Assembly (NCBI GenBank): GCA_013265495.1
Contig: MU057833.1
Location: 1 to 33,795, forward strand
Length of the DNA: 33,795 nt
From: Vicugna vicugna
Lineage: Eukaryota
Direction: 5' to 3'
Part shown: positions 1 through 11,359 of the stretch, one piece after another
Layout of the letters: every line of letters begins with the position of its first letter
How positions within the stretch are numbered: position 1 is the stretch's first letter
Translations under genes and position numbers: made by a program
The notes under the pieces: model-generated
Databases searched by the model: none
Told to the model about the DNA's origin: nothing
What the model saw: only the letters and a program-made list of their open reading frames with translations

Positions 1-347
1 ATATGAGATCGCTCATATGTGGAACCTAAAAAACAAAAACAAAAAAAAAGCAAAAATACAAAACAGAAATAGACTCAGACATAGAATACGAACTTGTGGT
101 TGCCAAGGGGGCGGGGGTTGGGAAGAGATAGATGGGATTTCAGAATTGAAGAATAGATAAACAAGATTATACTGTATAGCACAGGGGAATATACACAAGA
201 TCTTATGGTAGCTCACAGAGAAAAAAAATATAGATATATGTTCATGTATAACTGAAAAATTGTGCTGAACACTGGAATTTGACACAACATTGTAAAATGA
301 TTATAAATCAATAAAAAATGTTTAAAAAGAAAGAAAGAACAAAAAAA
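1..347 (+). mobile_element. Young LINE-1 3' UTR with poly(A) tail (starts upstream of the window)
   Basis: Closely matches 14870-15228. Ends AATAAA plus an A-rich tail. Typical L1 3' UTR text (tgtggaacctaaaa...gtggttgccaagggg...attatactgtatagcacagg). Confidence 0.92.
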
Positions 348-894
348 GATGATTGCTGTGTAATTGAATAGAACTTAGGTAATTCAAAGGCAGGAGCAGG
401 AAGTGAGCAAAAACAGAATCCCTGTTTGTATGAATTGATTAAATGGGAGAAAGAAGGAAAGCATTACATAATGACTCATTGTTTTCTGTCTGTCTGTGGA
501 TAACGCTATTGGGCTAACTTATGTAACAAATTGGTGATTATTCTCTTGATAAGTCAGGACCCTATAGTTCCATTGTTTTTATTAAATATTGTAAATCTGA
601 ATAATAAGTAAAAATTCTAATTTATTTTAGTGCTTTACTTGATTTGAAAGTTGAAGTCCTGTCAAGTATAGATAGGTTTGGAAAAGGACTCATTCAAAGC
701 TCAGTGTCTTGGGATACAAACAATTCTTACTATCATTTCAATTTAAAATATTGCACAATTTGAAGACTATTGTGAAGAAAAGAAGCAAATTGCAAGCTCT
801 GTGCTCTATTTCAGTGATGGGAGCTATGTAACAGGAACTGGAAAAATATAAAAATGTGTAAAACTTAAAAGCGTGCAAATCAGGAATTCTTATA

Positions 895-1075
895 AACGCA
901 TTATATGTATTGTTTCATTTAATTTTTACAACAATGCTATGATATGTAAATTACCATTAAAGTCATTTTACAGGTGAAAAAGCAGCAATTCACAGGTTGT
1001 GCAACATACTCAAGGTCATATAACCAGTAGGCAGGAGAGCCAGGATTTGAACCCATGCAGAAGAGCTCCAAGGCC
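895..1075 (-). mobile_element. MIR SINE
   Basis: Reverse MIR core: attttacaggtgaaaaa...caaggtcatataaccagtaggcaggagagccaggatttgaaccc. Confidence 0.8.
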
Positions 1076-1843
1076 ATTCTTCTTTATTATTACTGAATAC
1101 TGAATAAAAATGTTATTTCTTGAATAAATAAAAGCATAATTTTACCACAAAATGTGTTTTATCTGCATTTGACCCATGGTAGGTTAAGAAAAGGAAAAAT
1201 GAACTGAGATAAATTGGTAACAGATGGCTTCAAGGAAAAGGCAGGATTTAAATGATGTCTTGGAACATAAGTAAATGTTAAAGATGCAGAGTGTAGTAGC
1301 AAGTAAATTTTTTTCATGGGGGAGAATGGGAACAGAGGCTGGGGGAAGTGATTCGTTTGGGCTTTCGGAGACAGTTCAGTCACAATTCAGGACAGCTCAC
1401 ATAAAAGGCCAGATGGAAACAGTCACGCTGGTGACTCAAGATGTGGCCTTGACAATTGCTGCAGTTACTCCCTACTGTCTCTTTATGTCATCCAACATGA
1501 GAAGCTATCTCAAGGGGAGGATTTCCTCAATCTATAAACTTCCTGAGTGAAGAATATGTTGGCCCAGCAGTTGATCCTTACTTCATGTGTTTTTAGTAAA
1601 AATCTTTCCAATATGAAATGCATAACCACATGATAGCAAGGGGGAAGATTAAGTAAATACTGGGGCTTAAAACCTGTAAGAAATTTAAATCTGTTAGGAA
1701 TTCTTCTTTCATATTTCCACCATGTCCAATATCTCACCCCCAGGTTGCATTGGAAGTTCTAGGCTTTGTGTTCTAGCTCAGATCCATCTTTGCATTCCAT
1801 GATCAAAATTTTATCTCCCAAAGCAGATTCCCCACATACCCAG

Positions 1844-2700
1844 TTTTACTGAGATATAATTCGCATTAAAACGTTGTGTTAGCCTGAAGTGTGCAACATG
1901 ATTATCTGATAGAGGTGTATATTGCAAAATGATTACAGCTGTAAGTTTAGTTAGCACCATCGTTATCTCATATAATTACAATTATACACAATTATATAAT
2001 TGTGTGTGTGTGTGTTAACATTTAAGATCTATTCTCTTGGCAATTTTCAAGCATATAATACAGAATTAACTAAAGTCACCATTTTGTACATTAGATACCC
2101 AGAACTTATTTATCTTATAACTGGAAGTTTGCATCTTTCGAACATTTCCCCATTTCTTTGCTGGAAAAAAATGTTGCCTGCCATTTTAATAAACAAAGAA
2201 CATTGCTCACCCCAATCAAGCCAGCAGCCACTGTAGCTGCCCCAGATGGTGCTCCCTGAGAGGAGAGAAAAACAGAATATTGACCCTAGATAGTTAAGAT
2301 GCATATCTAAGGAATAATTTCAATGAGCCAAGAATCTAGCATTTTCTCATACGTGGAAAAGCACTAAAATCATTAACTTGAGATATCTGTTGTTAATGAT
2401 TGGTAGTAATCTTTTGATATTCAACTACATTCTTTTTTCAACAAAACTGCTATATATCCTGGCTCCTCACTTACCTCTTAGGACCAGTTCCTCAGAGCTA
2501 TCTGAAAGGCTCTCTCCCAAGCTATAGACCTCAGTAAGGTCCCCAAATAAAATATAACTTACAACTTTTAGGTTGTGCATTTTTCTTCAGTCAACTGTTG
2601 ACCCCAACTTCTGGCAACCACCATTCTACCCGTTGTTTCTATAAGTTCAGAATTTTTAGTTTCAGCATGTGAGTTAAATCATACAGTATTTGTCTTTCAC
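1844..2700 (-). mobile_element. Older L1 (L1MA/MB-type) 3' end, split by an LTR at 2159-2596
   Basis: Antisense L1 3' UTR text (aacatttaagatctattctctt...ccagaacttatttatcttataactggaagttt) resumes after the LTR with ctggcaaccaccattcta...atcatacagtatttgtctttc. Confidence 0.8.
2159..2596 (+). mobile_element. ERV1 solo LTR, MER41-like family
   Basis: Starts TG. Has tatata and AATAAA, and ends ttttcttcagtcaac. Homologous to 10908-11207, 11768-12273 and 17693-18715. Confidence 0.8.
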
Positions 2701-3049
2701 TGAACCCAGATAGATACTTTCTTGTGATTAAAAACTCCATCTTCCGTATTCTTGAATCCTCAGTGCCTAACACTGAATTTGCTATGTTGGATGGTTAATA
2801 CTCATTGGTTATGAGCAAGGACGTGTAAAGGATCAAAACTTGCCATGCCAGAAAGTCTCTTTGGCATGTGGATTATTTTGATCTGAAAACTATTAAGGCC
2901 CAAAAGACTCAGGGAGAAACTTTGATCTTCCCCCAACTACCTAGCAAAATTTAGAGAGCCTGTTCCCAGAACAGAGCTGTCACCAGAGATATCTGCAAAG
3001 AATATGGGTTAGGTGTGGTGGGGAAAAACCCTAGACAGTACCTAGAAAT

Positions 3050-3587
3050 TGTAAGCAGTTCTTTTTCCCCTTTCCTGTTTGTTTATTTTTGTTCCCCTTA
3101 AACCTTAATTATAAAAATGAGATCACTAGGTGACATTTAATTTAACTCATGATGTATGCTCCATTAAATGCACACAATACCTTGCCTAACCTGTTGATTC
3201 TTTCCCTCGATTAAAAGGAGTAGAAATGAAGAATTAAACAGTTAAAGAATGACTAGCTCTCTATCCCTAGCAATTCCCTTAAGCAATCCTGCAGGTAGAC
3301 CATGTAGACAAGATAATATCTGAAGAAAGATCACAAGGAGTCAGACAGCTGACATGCAATGGAAAATGACACAGAACCTAACCTTCTGCTTCAATGATTA
3401 ACTGAGATTACCTCCCCCTTTACCCTTTAAAAACTGCCATGGTTGGATAAAATCTTCAGGTTGACCTGAGTCCACCTTCTCTCCAAATTGCCAGCTTTCT
3501 GATATAAGCAACTTTCCCTTCTACCAGCATTTGCCCCTCAATTATTAGCTTTTGAGCAGTGAGCAGCTGAACCTGAGTTCAGTAATG
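3050..3587 (+). repeat. 5' LTR of the provirus
   Basis: Runs tgtaagcag...gttcagtaatg and aligns to 6372-6428 + 6843-7310. Confidence 0.88.
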
Positions 3588-3592
3588 AATTT

Positions 3593-3606
3593 TGGCACCC
3601 AAGTGG
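3593..3606 (+). other. Degenerate primer binding site, tRNA-Lys(CUU)-like
   Basis: TGGCACCCAA-GTGG versus TGGCGCCCAACGTGG, starting 5 nt after the LTR end. Confidence 0.65.
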
Positions 3607-4146
3607 CTGCACTCACATGGTGTCTGGCTCCTCTGAATTGCCTGGCATCAGGCCACTGTAACTAAGGCATTGGGACAGTCACTATAAGACAGCTACTTGA
3701 GGCTAGCCAGCCTTGAGAAGTGGATTTTCAGGGATGTCCCAGCAGCTGCCAGAACAATTTGTTCCAGGGATTTTCCCTATTTCACCCCTGCTCAGCACCA
3801 GCTGCCAACTTTTGCTTTTGGTTGGTAGAAATGGAAGCACACATCTGAGAATAGCTGACAAATTCCAGGACCAGGTTAGCCCGCCGGAAGCAGGCCAGGC
3901 ATCTCCTTAGTGACCAATTGATTCTGATGTTCATCGGCCATTGAGGATTGTTTGTGAGCACCAGGCACCATTTGGGTAAGAGTTTCTCTTTTGGGCCAGT
4001 TGGTTCTGATGTGCATTTGTCATTGAAGGCCATTTGCATTTAAGGGTGTGTCTGATTAAGGCCCAGACAGGTCATTTCGATCTGTGATGGCTATTTTTAT
4101 TTTGTGTCTTGTGCTTTGTGTTGTGATTGTTTTTCTGTCCTGGAAA

Positions 4147-4311
4147 ATGGAAAATTCTCATTCTGTTCCATCACAGAGCCCTCCCGCCTGAATTCTGTCT
4201 GACTGGAAATGTGCCACCTATGAGCCTATGCCTAAGAAAAAGATGATCTTTTATTGTAACACTATGAGACCACAATATTCTTTAGACTTCAGAGAAAATC
4301 GATTAAGGTGA
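4147..4311 (+). pseudogene. gag: Class I (gamma-like) retroviral gag matrix N-terminus remnant
   Basis: Manual translation MENSHSVPSQSPPA*ILSDWKCATYEPMPKKKMIFYCNTMRPQYSLDFREN resembles the class I Gag pattern SPLxCILxxW...KKxLIFxCNTAWPQY. Internal stop at codon 15. Confidence 0.8.
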
Positions 4312-5372
4312 AACTCTTGAAAACTCCAAAACTGGTTCTTTTTTGCATATGCAATTTAAAAAAGTTAGCATGATAAAGCATTTCTCTTCAGAATTCTGAC
4401 CCTGAGAGAACAAGTCCTTATAGGAAAACTTGATTTTTTCTCCCTGTGCCTTGAGAACAGGATTTTCAGGAACATTTATCTAGACCATCTCTAATTCCTG
4501 AAACTGAGGGAAGAAAAATGAGGACAAATGCCTTTTTAAATTTAACTTATTCCAATTGTTATTTATAAACTAGTGAGTTTTATATTGCAATACCTGATTC
4601 ATGATCAAGTTTAGAAAATGAAGCTATGAGATCTCTGGTCATTTCTGTCTCTATGTTTATGTATATGTTTATGTGTGTGTGTATATATATGTATATACAT
4701 ATGTTCATATATACATATACCTTTTGATGATATTATGAAAATTAATTTGTAAATAAGTTCTGCTTCATTGGTTTAAAGGAAATTACAGCTTATATAAATT
4801 TGCAAAAAATACAGAAGGCAACTGACCAGAATAAACTTCAGGCTCACATGAATTGGGAAATACTCAATGTTAAAATTAATTTCTGGTATCAAATTTAGTT
4901 TACGTGTGTCAATTTCATTGATATAAACATGGCTTTAGAGTCTTCAGCATCAGTATAATAGTTTTATTGTACCTAGGCTTAATAGACATCAAATAAGGTC
5001 TTGTTATATCTGTGCCAAATTTGCCAGCAAGAAAAAACAACTCAGTATGATGAAATTTTTATAAGTAAGTAAACATACGTGAGATAAGAGCTTTTGGGCG
5101 AACTCTTTAGGAAGGACTATATTTTTCAAATGTCTACTTAAATATAATCTCTCCAGATAACTAGTAACTTGAAATTTTAGAGCTGTGCTAAGTTGAGTTA
5201 AATGATGGAAGCTTATTGAATAGCTAGATCATTCTAAAATGAAATAAGATACTGAAACATTAATTACTGAACACCGGCTTCCCTGTACAGAGAAACGAAA
5301 GATATTAAGGACTATTGATTAACATGTTTGGCGCCACCCTGAGGTATTCTCCGTAAGAAAGCACATGCTTTT

Positions 5373-5583
5373 TAATAATGGAAGAGAATCTGAAAATGCA
5401 TATTGTCTATGCGTGTGTGTGTGTGTGCGCGTGTGTGTGTGTGTATGTATCTGAGTTCCTTTGCTGTACATCTGAAACTAACACTGTAAATCAACTATAC
5501 TTCAATAAAAATTAAAAGAGACAAAAATATTAAAAATCAACTGTATTTCAATGAAAAAGCTACATTCTGTAAAAGACAAAAAA
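5373..5583 (+). mobile_element. Very short L1 3' end (older artiodactyl type) containing a (GT)n tract, inserted in the ERV interior
   Basis: tttgctgtacatctgaaactaacactgtaaatcaactatacttcaataaaa. TSD aagaaagcacatg(c/t)tttt at 5355 and 5584. Confidence 0.85.
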
Positions 5584-6371
5584 AAGAAAGCACATGTTTT
5601 TAGAAATTATTATCGATATTTATGTTTACCAATCCACAGAATGCTAATGTGAAAGACGGTTCATAATTGCTTACTTAGTTTTACTAGAAGTTAAGGTTTT
5701 TAAGATTTGAGGATTCGAATTTAAGTACATAATTGAAGCTAATAGAAATAATAAAGGAAACATTTCACTATATAGTAGGAGAGTAGGATATGTGTTTTGA
5801 GCAAAAGAAAGCATAAAGAATGGAATTACATTTGTTAAGGAAAAACAAAGTGATTTTTGTCCTAGAGCTGGTTGTTTCTAAGTGGAAAAATAAAAGACAA
5901 AATAATATGTATACAGAAACTGCTGAAAGTTTGTAGGAAAGGAATCCTGAGAAAAGTGCTTTGTGCATGATCAGAATTGGCTGAGTCTAGACTGAATTTA
6001 ATTAGGCAAATGAGTTTTGTTGTTAAAAGCTAACAGTATGATTACCAGACTGTATCCATGACATAAACTGCCCCGTCTTGAACAGTACTGAGTCTGTGGC
6101 AAGCGTAATTTCAAGAACTGGACTTAAGAGAATAGGATTAACAGTATGCTCATAATAACCTATATCTCTGTGGGCAGCAAAATAATTATAGCTTGTTCTA
6201 TACATTTATATAGCAGGTAACTAAAATTATCAGCAAAAAGATGCAACAGAGTCATGTTAACATCATTCATTCTAAGAACACAGTGCCCTATGTCAGAATA
6301 AAGAAGTTACAGAAGGTGAACTTTCACTTCTAACTGCATAGAAATGGAATGATGTCTGACAATTCAGAGTT

Positions 6372-7310
6372 TGTAATCAGATCTATTGCCCCTTTCCTGT
6401 TTGTCTATTTCTGTTCCCCTATAACCTTAAAGCTACAGAAACAATAAAAAAGATCATGATTTCTAAGGGTTTGGGGAGAGGGAGGAGGGGAGGGATGACT
6501 AGATGGAGCACAAGTGATTTTTAGGGCAATGAAATTATTCTGTATGATACTATAGTGCTGGCTACATGCCATTATGCATTTGCCAAAGCCCATAGAATGT
6601 ACAACATCGAAAGTGAATCCTAATGTAAACAATGAACTTTTGTTGATAATAATATGCCCATGTTGGTTGATTGATTGTACCAAATATGCCACACTGATGA
6701 GGGATGTTGAGGGTATGGGGAGTATATATGTGTGGGTGGGGAGGGTTATGTGTGAACTCTGTATTTTCTGCTCAATTCTGTTGTGAACCTGAAACTGCTC
6801 TAAAAGAATAAAGGCTATTAAAAATAAAAATTAAAAAATAATAATTATAAAAATGAGATCACTAGGTAACATTTAACATAACTCCTGACTTATTCTCCAG
6901 TAAATGCACACAATATCTTGTTGATTCTTTCCTTAGATTAAAGAAGTAGCAGTGAAGAATTAAGTAAAGAATGACTAACTCTCTACCCCCAACAGTCCCT
7001 TTAGCCATCTTGCAGGCAGACGACACAGGCAAAAGAACATCTGAAGAAAGGTCCTAAGGAGCCAGACAGCTGGCATGCAATGGCAAAAGACAACAGAACC
7101 TAACTTTCTGCCTCAATGATTAGCTGAGATTGCTTCCCACCTTTCTCTTTAAAAACTGCCATGGCTGAGCAGAATCTTCAGGTTGGTCTTAGGACATAAG
7201 CCCATCTTCTTCCCAGACTGCCAGATTTTCTGATTAAAGCAACTTTCCCTTCTACCAACATTTGCCTCTCGATTATAAGCTTTTGAGCAGTGAGCTGCTG
7301 TTCAGTAACA
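6372..7310 (+). repeat. 3' LTR of the provirus, interrupted at 6429-6842
   Basis: Runs tgtaatcag...ttcagtaaca and matches the 5' LTR on both sides of the insert. Confidence 0.88.
6429..6842 (+). mobile_element. L1MC1-type 3' end inserted in the 3' LTR
   Basis: gatttttagggcaatgaaattattctgtatgatac...ctcaattctgttgtgaacctgaaactgctctaaaagaataaa followed by an A tail. Absent from the 5' LTR. Confidence 0.85.
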
Positions 7311-7689
7311 AGATCGGAGTCCACTCAGTATCCCAGGGTCTCTGCATGGCCCAGCAAACATGTGTTTCCCAAACATTTGCTTTTCCATCTCCATATTAGT
7401 TGCCTTCTTTCCCTTTGAGCTTCCAAAGCCTTACCCCCATCATCCTCCTTTGTCTTTAGCTGAAGATGGTATTTAAGATGAAGGCTTGAGCCATTTTGGA
7501 GTTACTCAGTTTTCCCAGGTCTCTACCATGCATACATGTTATTAAACTGCTGTCTGATTTTTTCCTGGTAATCTATCTCATGTCAATTTAATTCCTACAC
7601 CAGCCAGAATAATCTAAAATGGTACAGGAATGCTTCTTTCTCCCTAACAAACCCCATAACGACACTGCACAACTTTGAGTCTTTTCTAC

Positions 7690-7805
7690 CACTCATTAAC
7701 AGTGTGACCTTGATTGAGTTACTTACCTAACATAGTAATTTTGAGATTTCAAAAGTTAAATATATTCAAACACTAGATCAGTACCTGGTGCATGTAAGTG
7801 CTGCA
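7690..7805 (+). mobile_element. MIR fragment
   Basis: cagtgtgaccttgattgagttactta...cagtacctggtgcatgtaagtgct. Confidence 0.55.
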
Positions 7806-8439
7806 CAAAATTCACTATTCCACATGTTTTTGTTTTTGAACTGGGTTGTTAGGGGTAAAAGTAACCTTCACCTTTATGCAGAGATCTTCCTGACTTGACA
7901 ATGTATTAGTACTGTTGCAATCTATTTCCTTCATTAAAACTCTAATTATGTCAATAAAATATGTACTTTTAGTATATGTTAATCTCTCCTGCAAATAAGT
8001 TATAACATATGAAGTGTAGATGACATTTGAGTGTTTTTCTTTCAATAATATGGTGTAAAGTGGAGTTTCTACATCCTTAGGGGGTAACCTTCACATCCTT
8101 CCTCTTTGAATGCTGATAGAACTTTGGTCCCCCTTAGAATCAATCAATGTTTGTTAAGGGTAGTATTGCCTCAGATATAGGCAGGAACACAGCAACTAGA
8201 GCAAGACATGGAAGAGGGTGAAATTGGGGTTCCTCCTGGGATAACTGACAGATTCCTCTAATCTTTCAGTAGGTGCCCTGCAGGCTCACTGAGATACCAC
8301 TGATGGAATAATTTCCTCATCTAAAAGGTCTTTTCATATACTCTATCCCAAGCAAACTTGAACATCTGGTAAATAGAAGCCTATAGAACATGATATGCAT
8401 CTACTAAATATAACACCTTGTGGTTTACTCATGCTTTTA

Positions 8440-9050
8440 TTTATTATTCTTTTTTTTAATTGAAGTCTAGTCAGTTTACAATGTTCCATCAATTTCTGGT
8501 GTATATCATAATGTTTCAGTCACAGATACACATACATATATTCCTTTTCATATTCTTTTCATTATAGCTTACTACAAGATATTGAATATCAATCCCTGTA
8601 GAGTAGAAACTTGCTGTTTATTTTATATATAGTAGTCAGTATCTGCAAATCTCACACTCCCTATTTATCCTGTCCCAACACCTTTCCCTTCTGGTGACCA
8701 AATGTTAGTTTTCCCTGTCTGTGAGTCTACTCCTGTTTTGTAAATAAGTTCACTTATGTCCTTTTTTTCTTTTTTTTTCTTTCTTTTTTTTTTTCTAGAT
8801 TCTCTCTGTATATATGATATCATATGGTATTTTCCTTTCCCTTTCTGGCTTACTTTACTTAGAATGATGATCTCCAGCCTCTACCCATGTTGCCACAAAT
8901 GGCGTTATTTTATTCTTTTTTATGGCTGAGTAGTATTCCATCGTATAAATATACCACAACTTCTTTATCCAGTCATCTGTTGATGGACATTTAGGCTGTT
9001 CTATATCTTGACTATTGTAAATAGTGCTGCTATGCACATTGGGATGTATG
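8440..9050 (-). mobile_element. Young 5'-truncated L1 (end of ORF2 plus 3' UTR)
   Basis: Poly-T at left. Perfect 12-bp TSD ctcatgctttta (8428-8439, 9051-9062). ORF 8855-9055 has [28 protein letters not shown]. Confidence 0.95.
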
Positions 9051-9161
9051 CTCATGCTTTTACATTTCTGAATTCCTCCATTTCATTTATGTGGATACGT
9101 TGGCAAACCCCATTCTCCCTTGTCCAAAAATATCTCTTCATACTCTGATTTCGGACCCAGT

Positions 9162-9510
9162 TGTCAACTTTAAAAATTGTACAGCATAAGAGCTCTGAGT
9201 TAGAGTTTATTCAGTGTCTTACTGAGAACCACAGCCTGAGAGACACCCTCTCAGATATCTCTGAGATACTGTTCTGAAGACATCAGTGTAAGGTGGGGGA
9301 TCAGTATATATGTAATCTGATCATAGAATGCACAGTCAGACACACATCTCAGTAGAATGTTGCTGCTAGCCCCAAGAAACAGATATCCCAGCAAATGGTT
9401 GTAGTGCTTTTCTAAGTTTGGGGAAATGGAAGAATTCAGATTTATTAAAAATCTCTCCTGAAAAATACCTAACTCTCTGAAGGCCTGTTCTGCCAGTTTT
9501 CCCAGAGAAG
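9162..9510 (-). mobile_element. Partial MER41-like LTR (3' portion)
   Basis: Begins tgtcaac, the reverse complement of the LTR end. tttattcagtgtcttactgag parallels 10908-10980. Cut at 9510 by L1 sequence. Confidence 0.72.
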
Positions 9511-10312
9511 CTACAACTTTTGGTCAAGTAATCTTTGGCAAAGTAGGCAAGAATATATAATGGAATAAAGACCATCTCTTCAGCAAATGGTGTTGGGAAA
9601 ACTGGACAGCTGCATGTAAATCAATGAAGTTAGACTAGTCCCTCATATTATACAAAAAAAAACTCAAAAGGGCTTAAAGACTTAAACATAAGACAAGACA
9701 CAATAAATCTCCTAGAAGAAAATGTAGGCAAAAGATTATCTCATATACATCTCAGCAATGTTCTCCCAGGGCAGTCTACCCAAGCAATAGAAATAAAAGC
9801 AAAAATAAACAAATGGGACCTAATTAAACTTACAAGCTTTTCCCCTCAAAGGAAACCATAAGTAAAACAAAATGACAACCTATGGAATGGGAGAAAATAT
9901 TTGCAAAAGATGAGACTGACAAGGGCTTGATTTCCAGAATATAAAAGCAGCTCATACAACTTAATAAGAAACAACCAAACAACCCAATCCAAAAATGGGC
10001 AAAAGACCCAAACAAGCAATTCTCCAGTGAAGATATACAAACAGTCAATCGGCACATGAAAAAGTGCTCAATATCACTAATTATCAGAGAAATGCAAGTC
10101 AAAACTACAATGAGGTATCACCTCACACCAGTCAGAAAGGCCGTCATTCAAAAGTTCACAAATGACAAATGCTGGAGAGGCTGTGGAGAAAAGGGAACCC
10201 TCCTGCACTGCTGGTGGGAATGCAGTTTGGTGCAGCCACTGTGGAAAACGGTATGGAGAGTCCTCAAAAGACTGAAAATAGACTTACCATATGACCCAGC
10301 AATCCCACTCCT
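9511..10312 (+). mobile_element. Internal L1 ORF2 fragment (C-terminal region), no 3' UTR or poly(A)
   Basis: ORF 10056-10316 has [17 protein letters not shown]...[18 protein letters not shown]...PYDPAIPLL, the L1 ORF2 cysteine-rich domain. Stops and frameshifts upstream. Confidence 0.95.
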
Positions 10313-11207
10313 CTGAAAATACAGGAGAAAAAATGCCTAGGATTAAGTAGAATATTTACATTTCAAAGACACAGGGAGAGAAATGCAAGTTTCCCCTAGA
10401 AGGTCTTTTATTCCTTTAAGGTCAGAATTCTGAAAAGATACTTTATCAAGCCAGCTTCTTCTAGTTGTGTTAGCAAAAAAATAATAATAATAATTTTGAA
10501 ACGTTAAAAGAGCCCCAGTTTGGCCATTTTTATGGCAGATTTCCATATATGCCCGTAATAAAATCATCCCAATTTCTTTCAGCAAAGGATTACCCATTCA
10601 GTGTCTTTCAACTAAGCAAAATCTTCCCCAGTGTCTTTCAGCTGAGGGTAACCCCAGTACTTCTTACTGAATCTAAGTTTCAAAAAAATCTACTCCTCCG
10701 TATAAGAGTTTAACGTCATGAAAAAAGCTTAGGATTATAAACCAGTAATGGGAGATCCAAGGCCTAGGAGAGACTCACCTAAACTTGTCTGGACTCAACA
10801 AGGAGGCAGAGGGGCCCAGGAAGCCTCTGCTGGTAACAAACTTTCAATTACCCAGAGTTCAGACAAAGGAGAGAAGTCTGTTCTAGGTCCCTTTATGGCC
10901 ACCAAACTGTCAACTAGAAAGAAATGCACAACCTAAAAGTTCAGAGTTTTATTTTATTTGGGGAACTTACTGAGGACTGCAGCCCAGAGACAAGCTTTTC
11001 AGGAACTTTCCAAAGGGGTAAGGAACAAGCCAAGATACATAGGGGTTTTTGCTTAAAAAAAAAAAGAGAGAGAGAGAGAACTATAGTTGAACATCAAAAG
11101 ATTATTGCTAATCAAAAAAAAATTCTCAGGTTAATGCTTTTAGTCTTTTCATTGTATGGGAAGATGCCAGCATCTGGGCTCATTGAAATCATTCTTTAGG
11201 ATTGGCA
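10313..11207 (-). mobile_element. ERV1 provirus 5' part: MER41-like LTR (10908-11207, runs into the gap), PBS and leader/internal sequence
   Basis: LTR end at 10908 with a PBS 3 nt away. The internal segment is homologous to 4365-4455. Confidence 0.82.
10887..10904 (-). other. Primer binding site, tRNA-Arg-like
   Basis: Minus strand TGGTGGCCATAAAGGGAC versus TGGCGACCACGAAGGGAC: 14/18 match, with three of the four mismatches at CpG positions. Confidence 0.72.
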
Positions 11208-11359
11208 NNNNNNNNNNNNNNNNNNNNNNNNNNNNNNNNNNNNNNNNNNNNNNNNNNNNNNNNNNNNNNNNNNNNNNNNNNNNNNNNNNNNNNNNNNNNN
11301 NNNNNNNNNNNNNNNNNNNNNNNNNNNNNNNNNNNNNNNNNNNNNNNNNNNNNNNNNNN
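11208..11359. other. Assembly gap (152 N)
   Basis: Run of n. Confidence 1.

Larger units (their letters stand above)
3050..7310 (+). mobile_element. Two-LTR non-autonomous ERV1 provirus
   Basis: 5' LTR 3050-3587 and 3' LTR 6372-7310 are direct repeats (about 15-20% divergent by eye). PBS at 3593 and gag remnant at 4147. 4-bp TSD aaat/agat with one mismatch. Confidence 0.9.
2824..7649 (+). mobile_element. MER34-like ERV1 solo LTR (2824-3049 + 7311-7649), interrupted by a provirus
   Basis: MER34-type start (ctctttggcatgtggattattttga). The two halves join colinearly with the second copy at 11668-13097. TG...CA termini. Confidence 0.82.

Noticed and set aside
2590..2602. Palindrome gtcaac-t-gttgac at an LTR end
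   Set aside because: Arms are only 6 bp; consistent with chance or a junction micro-inversion.
3731..3776. NF-kB-like sites GGGATGTCCC and GGGATTTTCC
   Set aside because: Short motifs in an ERV leader with no independent support.
6030..6300. Possible env TM tail remnant before the 3' LTR
   Set aside because: The position fits, but I could read no diagnostic motif (ISD, CX6CC).
10056..10316. 86-aa Cys-rich ORF as a host gene
   Set aside because: It is the L1 ORF2 C-terminus in a disrupted fragment.
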